Shown here: positions 1-7,639 of the stretch, one piece after another
Layout: each line of letters begins with the position of its first letter
How positions within the stretch are numbered: position 1 is the stretch's first letter
Origin: Candidatus Krumholzibacteriia bacterium
GTDB lineage: Bacteria; Krumholzibacteriota; Krumholzibacteriia; LZORAL124-64-63
DNA: 35,053 nt
Reading direction: 5' to 3'
NCBI GenBank assembly: GCA_036351155.1
Contig: JAZBOO010000319.1
Span: forward strand, 1 to 35,053
Made by a program: the position numbers and the translations under genes
The notes under the pieces: model-generated
The model's input: only the letters and a program-made list of their open reading frames with translations
Told to the model about the DNA's origin: nothing
Databases searched by the model: none

Positions 1-2
1 GG

Positions 3-245
3 GCTCGCTACGCGGCCTTTCTGGGGGGAGGCATCGTGGTAGCCAGCTATGTTTTCGAGACGTTGCGACTGCTGTCTGCACCCCTCCGCGGCTGGGAAAG
101 TGCTTCGGTATTCGCCCTGCAGAAAGCCGGAATGTCTTTGTCAGGCGAGATCCATCCCGGGCCGATCATGCTGCTCCTGGGCCTGACCATGGTGTTCATG
201 GTGGCGGCGGCCATGGCAATGGATCGGCGGGACCTGACCGATTGA
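3..245 (+). CDS. C-terminal fragment of a membrane protein, probably ABC-2-type transporter permease (5' truncated)
   Basis: Frame open from the window edge to TGA at 243-245; hydrophobic segments and a terminal 'AAAMAMDRRDLTD' resembling the 'xRRD' ending of ABC-2 permeases; followed by a terminator. Confidence 0.55.
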   Translation, partial: ARYAAFLGGGIVVASYVFETLRLLSAPLRGWESASVFALQKAGMSLSGEIHPGPIMLLLGLTMVFMVAAAMAMDRRDLTD

Positions 246-246
246 G

Positions 247-290
247 AAAAAGACCAAGCCCCCCGGCCTTGACGACCGGGGGGCCTTTTT
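247..290. terminator. Bidirectional intrinsic terminator
   Basis: 9-bp stem GCCCCCCGG (258-266) / CCGGGGGGC (276-284), A-run at 247-251, T-run at 286-290, between convergent genes. Confidence 0.85.
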
Positions 291-311
291 CAAATGCGCT
301 CCCTGAATCTG

Positions 312-3300
312 CTATTCGCCCTTGCTCATGATGGGCTTGGCCTTGACCGGATAGGCCGGCGGGCCGGGGATGTCCCACTTGCCGCCCGACTCGTCCAGCT
401 GCTTCAGCAGGTGCGCGATGGCCGCATCCAGCTGTGCGTCGTTTCCGGCCACCACGTCATCGGGGGCGTTGACCACGATGATGTGCGGCTCCACCCCCCA
501 GCCCTCGATGGGCCAGGTGCCGTCCAGCCCGTACAGACCGAACTGGGGCGGTGTGGTGGTGCCCCCATCGACCAGCCCCTGGTGGGGCTCGATCCCGGTC
601 GACCCGCCCCAGGTCCGGACGCCAATCAGCGTGGCCAGGTTCTTGCGGCGGATGGTCTCGGCAAAGAACTCCCCGTTGCTGTAGGTGTCCTCGTTGATCA
701 GGACCACCACCGGCCCGTGGTGCACCCTCTCGGGATTGCGGCCGGGTTTGCCCTCACGCGGCGCGGTCATCGACCACAGCTTGCGCTCCAGACGGTCGAT
801 GATCATGTCGCCCACGAAGCCGCCGCCATTCCAGCGGTCGTCGATGATGATGGCCTGCTTCAAGGTCTGAGGATAGTAATAGCGGCCGAACTCGCGCAGA
901 CCGCCCTCGCCCATGTTGGGCACGTGGAAGTAGCCGATGCGGCCGTTGGTCTTCTCGGTCACGTAGTCCAGCTTCGCGTTGTGCCAGGTCCGGTACATCA
1001 GTCCCATGTCGCCGCGCAGGGTTTCCACCCGCGTCTGCACCGCGCCCTTGGTGGTGGGTTTGGTGTTCGTGGTCAGGGTCACCATCTTGCCCGCCTTGTC
1101 CACCAGATGGGCGTAGATGTTGTCGGTCGGCTGCAACTCCACTCCGTCGATGGCCAGCAGGTAGTCGCCTTCCTTGATGCCCACGCCCGGCTCGGCCATG
1201 GGCGAACGGGCGGCAGAGTTCCAGCTCTCCCCACGGATGATCTTGCTCACCTTGAAATGGCCGTCTTCCATGACGAACTCGGCACCCAGGGTCCCAGTGC
1301 CCACGTAGTCGCCGCCATCTCCGTAGTCTCCGCCATAGATGTAGGTGTGGCCCAGGTTGAGCTCGCCGATCATCTCACCGATCAGGTAGGTCAGGTCTCC
1401 CCGCGTGCCGCAACCGGCCACGAAGGGCTGGTACTTGGCGTACATGGCAGGCCAGTCCACACCTTGCATATCCTTGTCGTAGAACCAGTCGCGCTGCACG
1501 CGCCAGGCCTCGTGGAAGATCTGCTCGAATTCCTCCAGCCGATCCAGCCGCACCTTGACCGCGCCCAGGTCAATCTGGCCGTCGCTGGTCTTGGCCGGCT
1601 TGCCGGCGTCCACCACCCCGTAGTTCCCTCCAGCGCGGAAGATCATCTTCTTGCCGTCCGGGCTCAGGTGGTAGTTCGCGAGACCTTCCGTCAGGTCGCT
1701 CAGCTCGGCGTCTTCCACGCTGTACTTCACCAGGGCCAGCGCCCCGCCGGTGGTGTCGTCCACGTTCTGGTACTTGATGAACTCGGGCTCATCCTTGCGC
1801 AGCATCAGGAACCCGCCGTCCACGGCCTCCAGGCGGAAGTAGTTACCCGCCTCCACGCCGTCACAGGCCAGGATCCGGTGCTCGATGCCCTCCAGATCCA
1901 TGACCGTGGCCGCCTTCTTGTCCTTGTCCTCATCTTTCTTGTCCTCAGCCTTGGCCTCGACCAGGACATCCTCGGTGTAGAAAGGCGAGCGCTCGCCGTC
2001 CTTCAGCAACACCAGGTAGGGACGGGCCATCTTCAGGAACACGTGATTCTGATCTTGCCGCCCCATGATGGGGTTGTAGGTGCGGTTTGACAGGAAGAAC
2101 AGGTACTGGCCATCGGTGCTGAACGAGGGCGACCAGTCGGTGGTCATCTCATCGGTCAGCTGGTGCGTGGCCTTGCTCTTCGTGTCGTACAGGAAGATGT
2201 TTTCATGCATGTTGGCGCCGTTGCTGGTGTAGGCCACCCAGCGGCTGTCCGGGCTCCACACATAGTCCAGGATGCCCCAGCGCTCCCAGGCATCGTCGTA
2301 GTCGCTGTGGGCAATTTCGGTCACCTTGCCTGATTTAACGTCCACCATATGCAACCGCATGTACTTGTCGGAAAACAAGATAGACTTGCTGTCGGGTGAC
2401 CAGACCAGCGGCAGCATGAATCCGTACTGCCCATCGGTCAGCTGTTTCCATTCGTCCTGTCCCCTCTGGTCCACCAGGTAGATCTGTTGCTCGCCAGTGC
2501 GGTCGCTGATCATGGCGATGGCCGATCCATCGGGCGCCCACACCGCGTTCCGTTCGCGGCTGTTGCTGGTGCGGGTCAGGTTGACAGCATCCCCTTCGTC
2601 GGTGGGATAGTTGAGGATCTCCCCGCGGTACTCGATCAGGGCCCGCTCGCCACCCGGCGACAGGGTGAACGATCCGGTGCGGGGCGCGGGCGTGACCAGC
2701 TCGGTGCGCACGTGGCGCCGATCGCTGGGAATGGTGATGGGCACCTCGCGCACCTGGCCGCTGGCCAGATCCAGCACCTTCAGTCCCGCGCCGTGCTGGA
2801 ACACGATCTTCCCGTCGCCCAGGCTGGGGTACTTGACATCGTATTTCTTGAAGAAGGTCAGACGGCGGGTCTCCTTCGTCCCGGTGTCATAGCCGTAGAT
2901 GTTCAGGGTGCCGTCTTCGCGGTCGCTGGCAAAGTAGATGTTGTCGCCTTCCCACATGGGGAAGTGGTCGGTGCCGTTCCAGTCGGTGATCTTGGTGGTG
3001 GTGTTGCTGGCGAAATCCTTCACCCAGATGTCCTGGGCCAGACCGCCCTCGTAGCGTTTCCAGGTCCGGGTGTGGCGTCCGATCCGGTTGTAGGCCAGGC
3101 CGCTGTGGTCCGGGGCCACCGCCGCCAGACTGCCCCGGTCGGTGGGCAGCCGCATGGGCATGCCCCCGGCCACCGGCACCCGGTACAGCTCGGTGGAATA
3201 GTTGGGATACTCGCGGTTGGAATTGAAAATGATGCCCTGGTCGTCCGGGCACCAGTCCAGCACCAGGTCCCCGGTGGGGTGGAAGGTCAGCCGCGCGGGC

Positions 3301-3611
3301 ACCCCGCCGCGCGCGTCCATGATGTAAACGTCATTGCCCCCGTCGTAACCCGCAGTGAAGGCCAGCTGCTTGCCGTCATGGCTGAACTTGGCCGCCAGCT
3401 CGGTGCCGGCGTGGCTGGTGATGCGGTGGGCATCGCCTCCGGTCTCGGGCACCAGCCACAGGTCGCCCTCGTAGGTGAACACAATTTGACCGCCGCCAAT
3501 GTCGGCATAGCGCATGACCCAGCCGGGTCCGGGGGTTTGGTCGGCCGCCAGCAGGCCAGTGGTGCCCAGCAACAGAATGGCCAGAATCGCGGTGACGAAC
3601 AGACGTTTCAC
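312..3611 (-). CDS. Tricorn protease homolog (S41 family, beta-propellers + PDZ), secreted
   Basis: 1099 aa, GTG start with GGAGG RBS, signal peptide, PD40-like repeats (FSHDGK, WSPDS), 'WKRYEGG', 'GELNLGHTY' (His), 'DDRWNGGG', 'YSNGE' (catalytic Ser), 'GVRTWGG', 'IEGWGVEP', 'DAQLDAAI'. Confidence 0.95.
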   Translation of the reverse strand: MKRLFVTAILAILLLGTTGLLAADQTPGPGWVMRYADIGGGQIVFTYEGDLWLVPETGGDAHRITSHAGTELAAKFSHDGKQLAFTAGYDGGNDVYIMDARGGVPARLTFHPTGDLVLDWCPDDQGIIFNSNREYPNYSTELYRVPVAGGMPMRLPTDRGSLAAVAPDHSGLAYNRIGRHTRTWKRYEGGLAQDIWVKDFASNTTTKITDWNGTDHFPMWEGDNIYFASDREDGTLNIYGYDTGTKETRRLTFFKKYDVKYPSLGDGKIVFQHGAGLKVLDLASGQVREVPITIPSDRRHVRTELVTPAPRTGSFTLSPGGERALIEYRGEILNYPTDEGDAVNLTRTSNSRERNAVWAPDGSAIAMISDRTGEQQIYLVDQRGQDEWKQLTDGQYGFMLPLVWSPDSKSILFSDKYMRLHMVDVKSGKVTEIAHSDYDDAWERWGILDYVWSPDSRWVAYTSNGANMHENIFLYDTKSKATHQLTDEMTTDWSPSFSTDGQYLFFLSNRTYNPIMGRQDQNHVFLKMARPYLVLLKDGERSPFYTEDVLVEAKAEDKKDEDKDKKAATVMDLEGIEHRILACDGVEAGNYFRLEAVDGGFLMLRKDEPEFIKYQNVDDTTGGALALVKYSVEDAELSDLTEGLANYHLSPDGKKMIFRAGGNYGVVDAGKPAKTSDGQIDLGAVKVRLDRLEEFEQIFHEAWRVQRDWFYDKDMQGVDWPAMYAKYQPFVAGCGTRGDLTYLIGEMIGELNLGHTYIYGGDYGDGGDYVGTGTLGAEFVMEDGHFKVSKIIRGESWNSAARSPMAEPGVGIKEGDYLLAIDGVELQPTDNIYAHLVDKAGKMVTLTTNTKPTTKGAVQTRVETLRGDMGLMYRTWHNAKLDYVTEKTNGRIGYFHVPNMGEGGLREFGRYYYPQTLKQAIIIDDRWNGGGFVGDMIIDRLERKLWSMTAPREGKPGRNPERVHHGPVVVLINEDTYSNGEFFAETIRRKNLATLIGVRTWGGSTGIEPHQGLVDGGTTTPPQFGLYGLDGTWPIEGWGVEPHIIVVNAPDDVVAGNDAQLDAAIAHLLKQLDESGGKWDIPGPPAYPVKAKPIMSKGE

Positions 3612-3663
3612 GGGAGACCTCCAGGAAAAAGGGCGGGAAACCGGGTTTTCAGAACGATAGTCA

Positions 3664-3689
3664 TTCGTATTTACGGAAAGAAGGTTGCA
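3664..3689 (-). promoter_or_regulatory. Candidate ECF sigma-factor promoter for the tricorn gene
   Basis: Minus strand TGCAAC-N16-CGAA about 50 nt upstream of the GTG; the same -35 element recurs before the DUF4097 gene. Confidence 0.45.
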
Positions 3690-3746
3690 CCGTTAGAATG
3701 TGGCACCCCGGGCCGATCACTTCAACCCCAATACGCTGGAGACTCC

Positions 3747-5186
3747 ATGCCCCGCCCCCGCTTCAAGGTTCCCCATGTTTTCGTGCTGTTGACCCTGGTC
3801 ATCGCCGTGTGTGCGGTGGCCACCTGGATCGTCCCCTCGGGCGAGTATGACCGGGAAACCAAGGTGGTCGACGGCCGGGAACGCACCCTGCTGGTCCCGG
3901 GCACCTTCCAGCACATCGACAAGAACTATTCCCTGAAGGGGCTGGTGCTCAAGGATCCCGTCGAGGGCAAGGCCTCCCCCATCGGCCTGCAGAGTTTCCT
4001 CTCGGCCATCCCCCGCGGCATGGAAAGCGCCGCCGACATCATCTTCTTCATCTTCATGATCGGGGGCACCTTCGGCATCCTGCAGCGCACCGGGGTCATC
4101 ACCGCCTCGCTGAATCATCTTCTCGGCGGCCTTGGACACCGCGCCGCCTGGCTGACGGTCGCCCTGATGGTGGCCATGGCCGCGGGAGGATCGACCCTGG
4201 GCATGGGCGAGGAATTCATTCCCCTGATTCCCGTTTTCCTGCTGGTTTCCCAGCGGCTGGGATACGACCGCATCTACGGCATGGCCCTGGTCTTCGTGGC
4301 TGCCGAGACAGGATTTGCCGCCTCGACCACCAACCCTTTCACGGTCAACGTGGCCCAGAGCATTGCTGAATTGCCGCTGAGCAGCGGGCTCACTCTCCGG
4401 ATCATCTTCTTTGCCTGCGCCATGGCCGTCAGCATCACCTACCTGCTGGCCTATGGTCGCAGGATCAAGGCGGACCCGTCCCGCAGCTTCGTGGCCGATC
4501 TTCCCGAGAACATCGAACCCGACGGCGCGGCCGACATCAAGTTCGAGAGATACCACTTCTGGATCATCGTGATCTGCACCTTGATTTTTGGATTCATCGT
4601 CTGGGCCATCCAGCGCCTGGGCTGGTGGATGGATGACATGGGTGGCGGGTTTTTCCTCATGGGAATCGTGGCCATGCTGATCGCGCGTCTGCCTCTGGCC
4701 GAGGGCACCAAGGCCTTCGTCAAGGGCATGGAAGAGATGGTCGTGGCCGCGCTGGTGGTGGGGTTCGCCAAGGGCATCAGCGTGATCATGGCCGAGGCCC
4801 AGATCATGGACACCATCGTCCACGGGGCCGCCGGCCTGCTGGGACACGTGCCTCGCTACGTGGCGGCCGTGGGCATGTTGTGGTTTGAAAGCAGCCTCAA
4901 CTTGCTCATTCCCTCGGGTAGCGGCCAGGCGGCGGTGACCGTGCCGTTGATGGCCCCTCTTTCCGATTTGCTGGGGATCACCCGCCAGACAGCCGTTCTG
5001 GCGTTCACCTGCGGCGACGGGTTCAGTAACACCGTCATTCCCACCAGCGGCATTCTCATGGCCATGCTGGCCCTGGCCAAGATCCCCTACGGGCGCTGGC
5101 TGCGGTTCATGTTTCCTCTGTTCGTGTTGCTGATGACCTTGTCTTCGGTCTTCCTGATCATCGCCGTGGCCATCGAGTACAGATAG
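3747..5186 (+). CDS. YfcC/ArcD (DcuC-like) family transporter, likely basic amino acid or dipeptide carrier
   Basis: ATG at 3747 after GGAG; 'VPHVFVLL...TWIVPSGEYDR', 'GMGEEFIP', 'LGYDRI', 'NPFTVNVAQSIAELP', 'IPSGSGQA', 'GDGFSN', 'KIPYGRWLRF'; many TM helices. The 2487 start in the ORF track is an antisense extension. Confidence 0.9.
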   Translation: MPRPRFKVPHVFVLLTLVIAVCAVATWIVPSGEYDRETKVVDGRERTLLVPGTFQHIDKNYSLKGLVLKDPVEGKASPIGLQSFLSAIPRGMESAADIIFFIFMIGGTFGILQRTGVITASLNHLLGGLGHRAAWLTVALMVAMAAGGSTLGMGEEFIPLIPVFLLVSQRLGYDRIYGMALVFVAAETGFAASTTNPFTVNVAQSIAELPLSSGLTLRIIFFACAMAVSITYLLAYGRRIKADPSRSFVADLPENIEPDGAADIKFERYHFWIIVICTLIFGFIVWAIQRLGWWMDDMGGGFFLMGIVAMLIARLPLAEGTKAFVKGMEEMVVAALVVGFAKGISVIMAEAQIMDTIVHGAAGLLGHVPRYVAAVGMLWFESSLNLLIPSGSGQAAVTVPLMAPLSDLLGITRQTAVLAFTCGDGFSNTVIPTSGILMAMLALAKIPYGRWLRFMFPLFVLLMTLSSVFLIIAVAIEYR

Positions 5187-5978
5187 ATGGCCAGCCACGG
5201 GCAAGAACAGAGCCTTTACGCCGATCCGGCGGTGTACGACATCCTGTATACCCCGGGGACGGCCCAGGAGACCGACGCCCTGCAAGAGGTGGAAAAGGCC
5301 CTTTCCGCGTCCCCTCTCCAGGCAGACCGCCTCTGGCTAGAGCCCGCCTGCGGCACCGGACGTTACCTGCGTACAGCTGCCAGGCGAGGGCGCACCTGCG
5401 TGGGATTCGATCGTGATCCCGGTCAGCTGGAATACGCCCGTTCCCGTCAACCCAGGGTGACACCCATATCCTATTTTCAGGCCGACATGATCGATTTTCG
5501 GGCCGCCTGCGGCCTGTCAACTGGCGTTGTCGATTTCGCGTGCAATCCCGTCAACAGCCTGCGACACCTGTCCACCGATGTTGACATGCTGGCGCACTTC
5601 CAGCAAATGGCGGAGGTCCTCAAGCCGGGAGGGATTTACGTCGTGGGAATCAGTCTTCTGGACGAGGGAGGAATGCTGCCCGAGGAAGATCTCTGGGTGG
5701 CCCGGCGCGGCTCTTGCCAGGTGAGCCAGCTGGTCAACTACCTGCCCCCTGAACCCGGCACCCGCATGGAAAAGGTCATCAGCCACCTGACGGTCACCCG
5801 GCCTCGCGGCTCCGAACATTTCGACGACAGCTACGATCTGAGGACCTACACGCACCGGCAGTGGCTGGAACTGATCGGTCGCTCGGCCCTGCGCCACCTG
5901 GGCTCATTCGATGCAAAAGGGAGGCCGACCGAAAGGTCCGACCTCCCCTACCAGCTGGAAGCACTGGGCTGTTCCTGA
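5187..5978 (+). CDS. Class I SAM-dependent methyltransferase
   Basis: Motif I 'LEPACGTGR', 'VGFD', 'QADM', 'LKPGGIYVV'; ATG directly abuts the transporter stop. Confidence 0.85.
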   Translation: MASHGQEQSLYADPAVYDILYTPGTAQETDALQEVEKALSASPLQADRLWLEPACGTGRYLRTAARRGRTCVGFDRDPGQLEYARSRQPRVTPISYFQADMIDFRAACGLSTGVVDFACNPVNSLRHLSTDVDMLAHFQQMAEVLKPGGIYVVGISLLDEGGMLPEEDLWVARRGSCQVSQLVNYLPPEPGTRMEKVISHLTVTRPRGSEHFDDSYDLRTYTHRQWLELIGRSALRHLGSFDAKGRPTERSDLPYQLEALGCS

Positions 5979-5982
5979 ACGA

Positions 5983-7083
5983 TCACTTGATCGTGATCGA
6001 ACCACTGCCCGCGTCCAGCCGAACTCGCGCTTCCCCGTCCCCGAGGGTCATTTCCAGTTCATCCCGGTCCTGAGTGCGCACATTGGCCCCGGAAACCTGG
6101 GTCCTGATTCCGCCACTGCCCGTGTCGGCCAGGATGTGGGCCGAGGCGTTGTCGGGCAGATCCAGGGTGATACCCCCGCTCCCGGTGTCGATGATGAACT
6201 TGCCCGTCCCCATGCGGTCCAGCTGCAACAGCACGCCGCCGCTGCCGGTGTCGATGTTGGCGCCGTCTGTCTCCACCGCCCGGGCCTCCACCGCACCGCT
6301 ACCCGTGTCGACCAGAAGGGAAAGGCAGCGCAGGTTGGCGGCCATCACATCGCCGCTGCCCGTATCGACCAGGATCTTGTCCCCCTCCAGATCGGCCAGG
6401 GTGACCTCCCCGCTGCCTGTGTCCACGTTGACCGAACCCTTGACCCGCGCCACCTCCACCGTCCCGCTGCCGGTATCGGCCAGCAGGTCACCGGTGATGT
6501 CGTACGCGGTGATGGACCCGCTATGGGTGTCCAGATTCAGATCGGCAGTCAAATCGGAGGCATCGATGCCCCCCACGGCCTGCTTCATTTCCAGGATACG
6601 CCCACGTGGAACCTCGATCACCAGATCGGCCCACATTTCCAGCCCATTGCCGCGCCCCTTCACCGTGATATTCCGGCCGGACAACCCGCTGAACACCTTT
6701 TTCAGCCAGGAGCCGCCTTCGCCGCCCTCGTTGTGGTATTGAACCTGGGTGGACCCCCGCGAGCCCAGTGCCGGATACACGTACTTCCGGTGATCCTCCA
6801 CCGGAAAAGCCACCACCAGTTCTCCCTTGAAGCCTTCGTCCACCCGGAACTCCAGCAGTTCCTCGGCGGCATCCTTGCCCTGCACCTTGACGGTGATCCG
6901 GAACTGGTCACCCTGGGCCTGCTTCACCTGTACCTGGCCAATCATGTTGGCCACCTTCATCTCCTTGCTGTCGAAGGTGAAGCTGCGCTGGAACTCGGCG
7001 GCCAGGGCCCAATCCGCCAGCACGGCTGTCACCGCCAGGAATATTGCCAGGCGCACAGGAACAGAAAGATAGGGCAATCTCAT
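5983..7083 (-). CDS. DUF4097-type beta-strand repeat (adhesin-like) secreted protein
   Basis: Signal peptide; nine D(T/A)(G/H)SG repeat units; GAGGAGG RBS 7 nt from the ATG at 7083 (alternative ATG 7089). Confidence 0.85.
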   Translation of the reverse strand: MRLPYLSVPVRLAIFLAVTAVLADWALAAEFQRSFTFDSKEMKVANMIGQVQVKQAQGDQFRITVKVQGKDAAEELLEFRVDEGFKGELVVAFPVEDHRKYVYPALGSRGSTQVQYHNEGGEGGSWLKKVFSGLSGRNITVKGRGNGLEMWADLVIEVPRGRILEMKQAVGGIDASDLTADLNLDTHSGSITAYDITGDLLADTGSGTVEVARVKGSVNVDTGSGEVTLADLEGDKILVDTGSGDVMAANLRCLSLLVDTGSGAVEARAVETDGANIDTGSGGVLLQLDRMGTGKFIIDTGSGGITLDLPDNASAHILADTGSGGIRTQVSGANVRTQDRDELEMTLGDGEARVRLDAGSGSITIK

Positions 7084-7128
7084 GGTCATCCCTCCTCAAA
7101 CAGGAAAATTCATTTCGTGTAATAACAA

Positions 7129-7155
7129 GACGTCTGGCCTGGGCATGAGGTTGCA
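7129..7155 (-). promoter_or_regulatory. Candidate ECF sigma-factor promoter for the DUF4097 gene
   Basis: Minus strand TGCAAC-N17-CGTC, matching the generic ECF AAC/CGT architecture, about 45 nt upstream of the start and just past a terminator. Confidence 0.55.
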
Positions 7156-7161
7156 TGGCAG

Positions 7162-7198
7162 AGAAAGAAAAACCCCGGCCATGCAGGGGCCGGGGTTT
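7162..7198 (-). terminator. Intrinsic terminator of the 71-aa gene
   Basis: 11-bp stem AAACCCCGGCC (7170-7180) / GGCCGGGGTTT (7188-7198); on the minus strand it runs into TTTTTCTTTCT. Confidence 0.85.
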
Positions 7199-7221
7199 CG
7201 AGCAAAGCGTTCAGACCGGGA

Positions 7222-7437
7222 TCAGACCGGCTGCTTCATGCCGTCGGGCAGAGGGCTTTCTTCTTCAGGAAACGCTTCCTCGAAGATCCGGTTCAGCTCC
7301 TCCAGCCGGTGCTGGGCACGCACACGGGCGGCATCGGCCTCCTGGGGTGTCCGGGCCAGATTTATGTTGTTCAGACCCTCTTCGAGAACTTTTTGCATTC
7401 GAGTGAAATGCACCTCACGCGCGCGATTGATATCCAT
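7222..7437 (-). CDS. Hypothetical small helical protein (71 aa)
   Basis: AAGGGGAA RBS before the ATG, protein-like amphipathic composition, own terminator, fills an otherwise empty gap. Confidence 0.75.
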   Translation of the reverse strand: MDINRAREVHFTRMQKVLEEGLNNINLARTPQEADAARVRAQHRLEELNRIFEEAFPEEESPLPDGMKQPV

Positions 7438-7508
7438 GATTTCCCCTTCGAGGGTCTTCGGACCGCCAGTTCGGTCCCGTCCGCCAGAATGTGTTGCTGG
7501 GCCTGGGT

Positions 7509-7524
7509 TGCAGGTTTCGTTCCG
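7509..7524 (-). promoter_or_regulatory. Candidate sigma-54 (-24/-12) promoter for the 71-aa gene
   Basis: Minus strand CGGAACG-AAAC-CTGCA: GG-N10-GC spacing is exact; three mismatches to TGGCACG-N4-TTGCA. Confidence 0.4.
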
Positions 7525-7639
7525 ATTGGAGGGGAAATATTTTCCGCTGTGGGCTTGTCAGGGAGGAGGTCCAAAAGGGCGATCAAGACAGGGAGGACCC
7601 CGATTGGGCCCGATGGCTCTCAACCATGGGAAAGGTTGA

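Noticed and set aside
294..3746. Long plus-strand ORFs (294-2090 and the first 420 codons of 2487-5186)
   Set aside because: Antisense shadows of the tricorn gene caused by high GC3; the real transporter starts at 3747 with its own RBS.
5995..6540. Periodic near-repeats at roughly 54-63 bp spacing
   Set aside because: They encode the DTGSG beta-strand repeats of the DUF4097-type protein and vary at synonymous sites; not a CRISPR array, and no cas genes are present.
7140..7155. Plus-strand TGGGCATGAGGTTGCA with sigma-54 GG-N10-GC spacing
   Set aside because: It points into a terminator and antisense to the 71-aa gene; the same bases are better explained as the minus-strand ECF -35 element.
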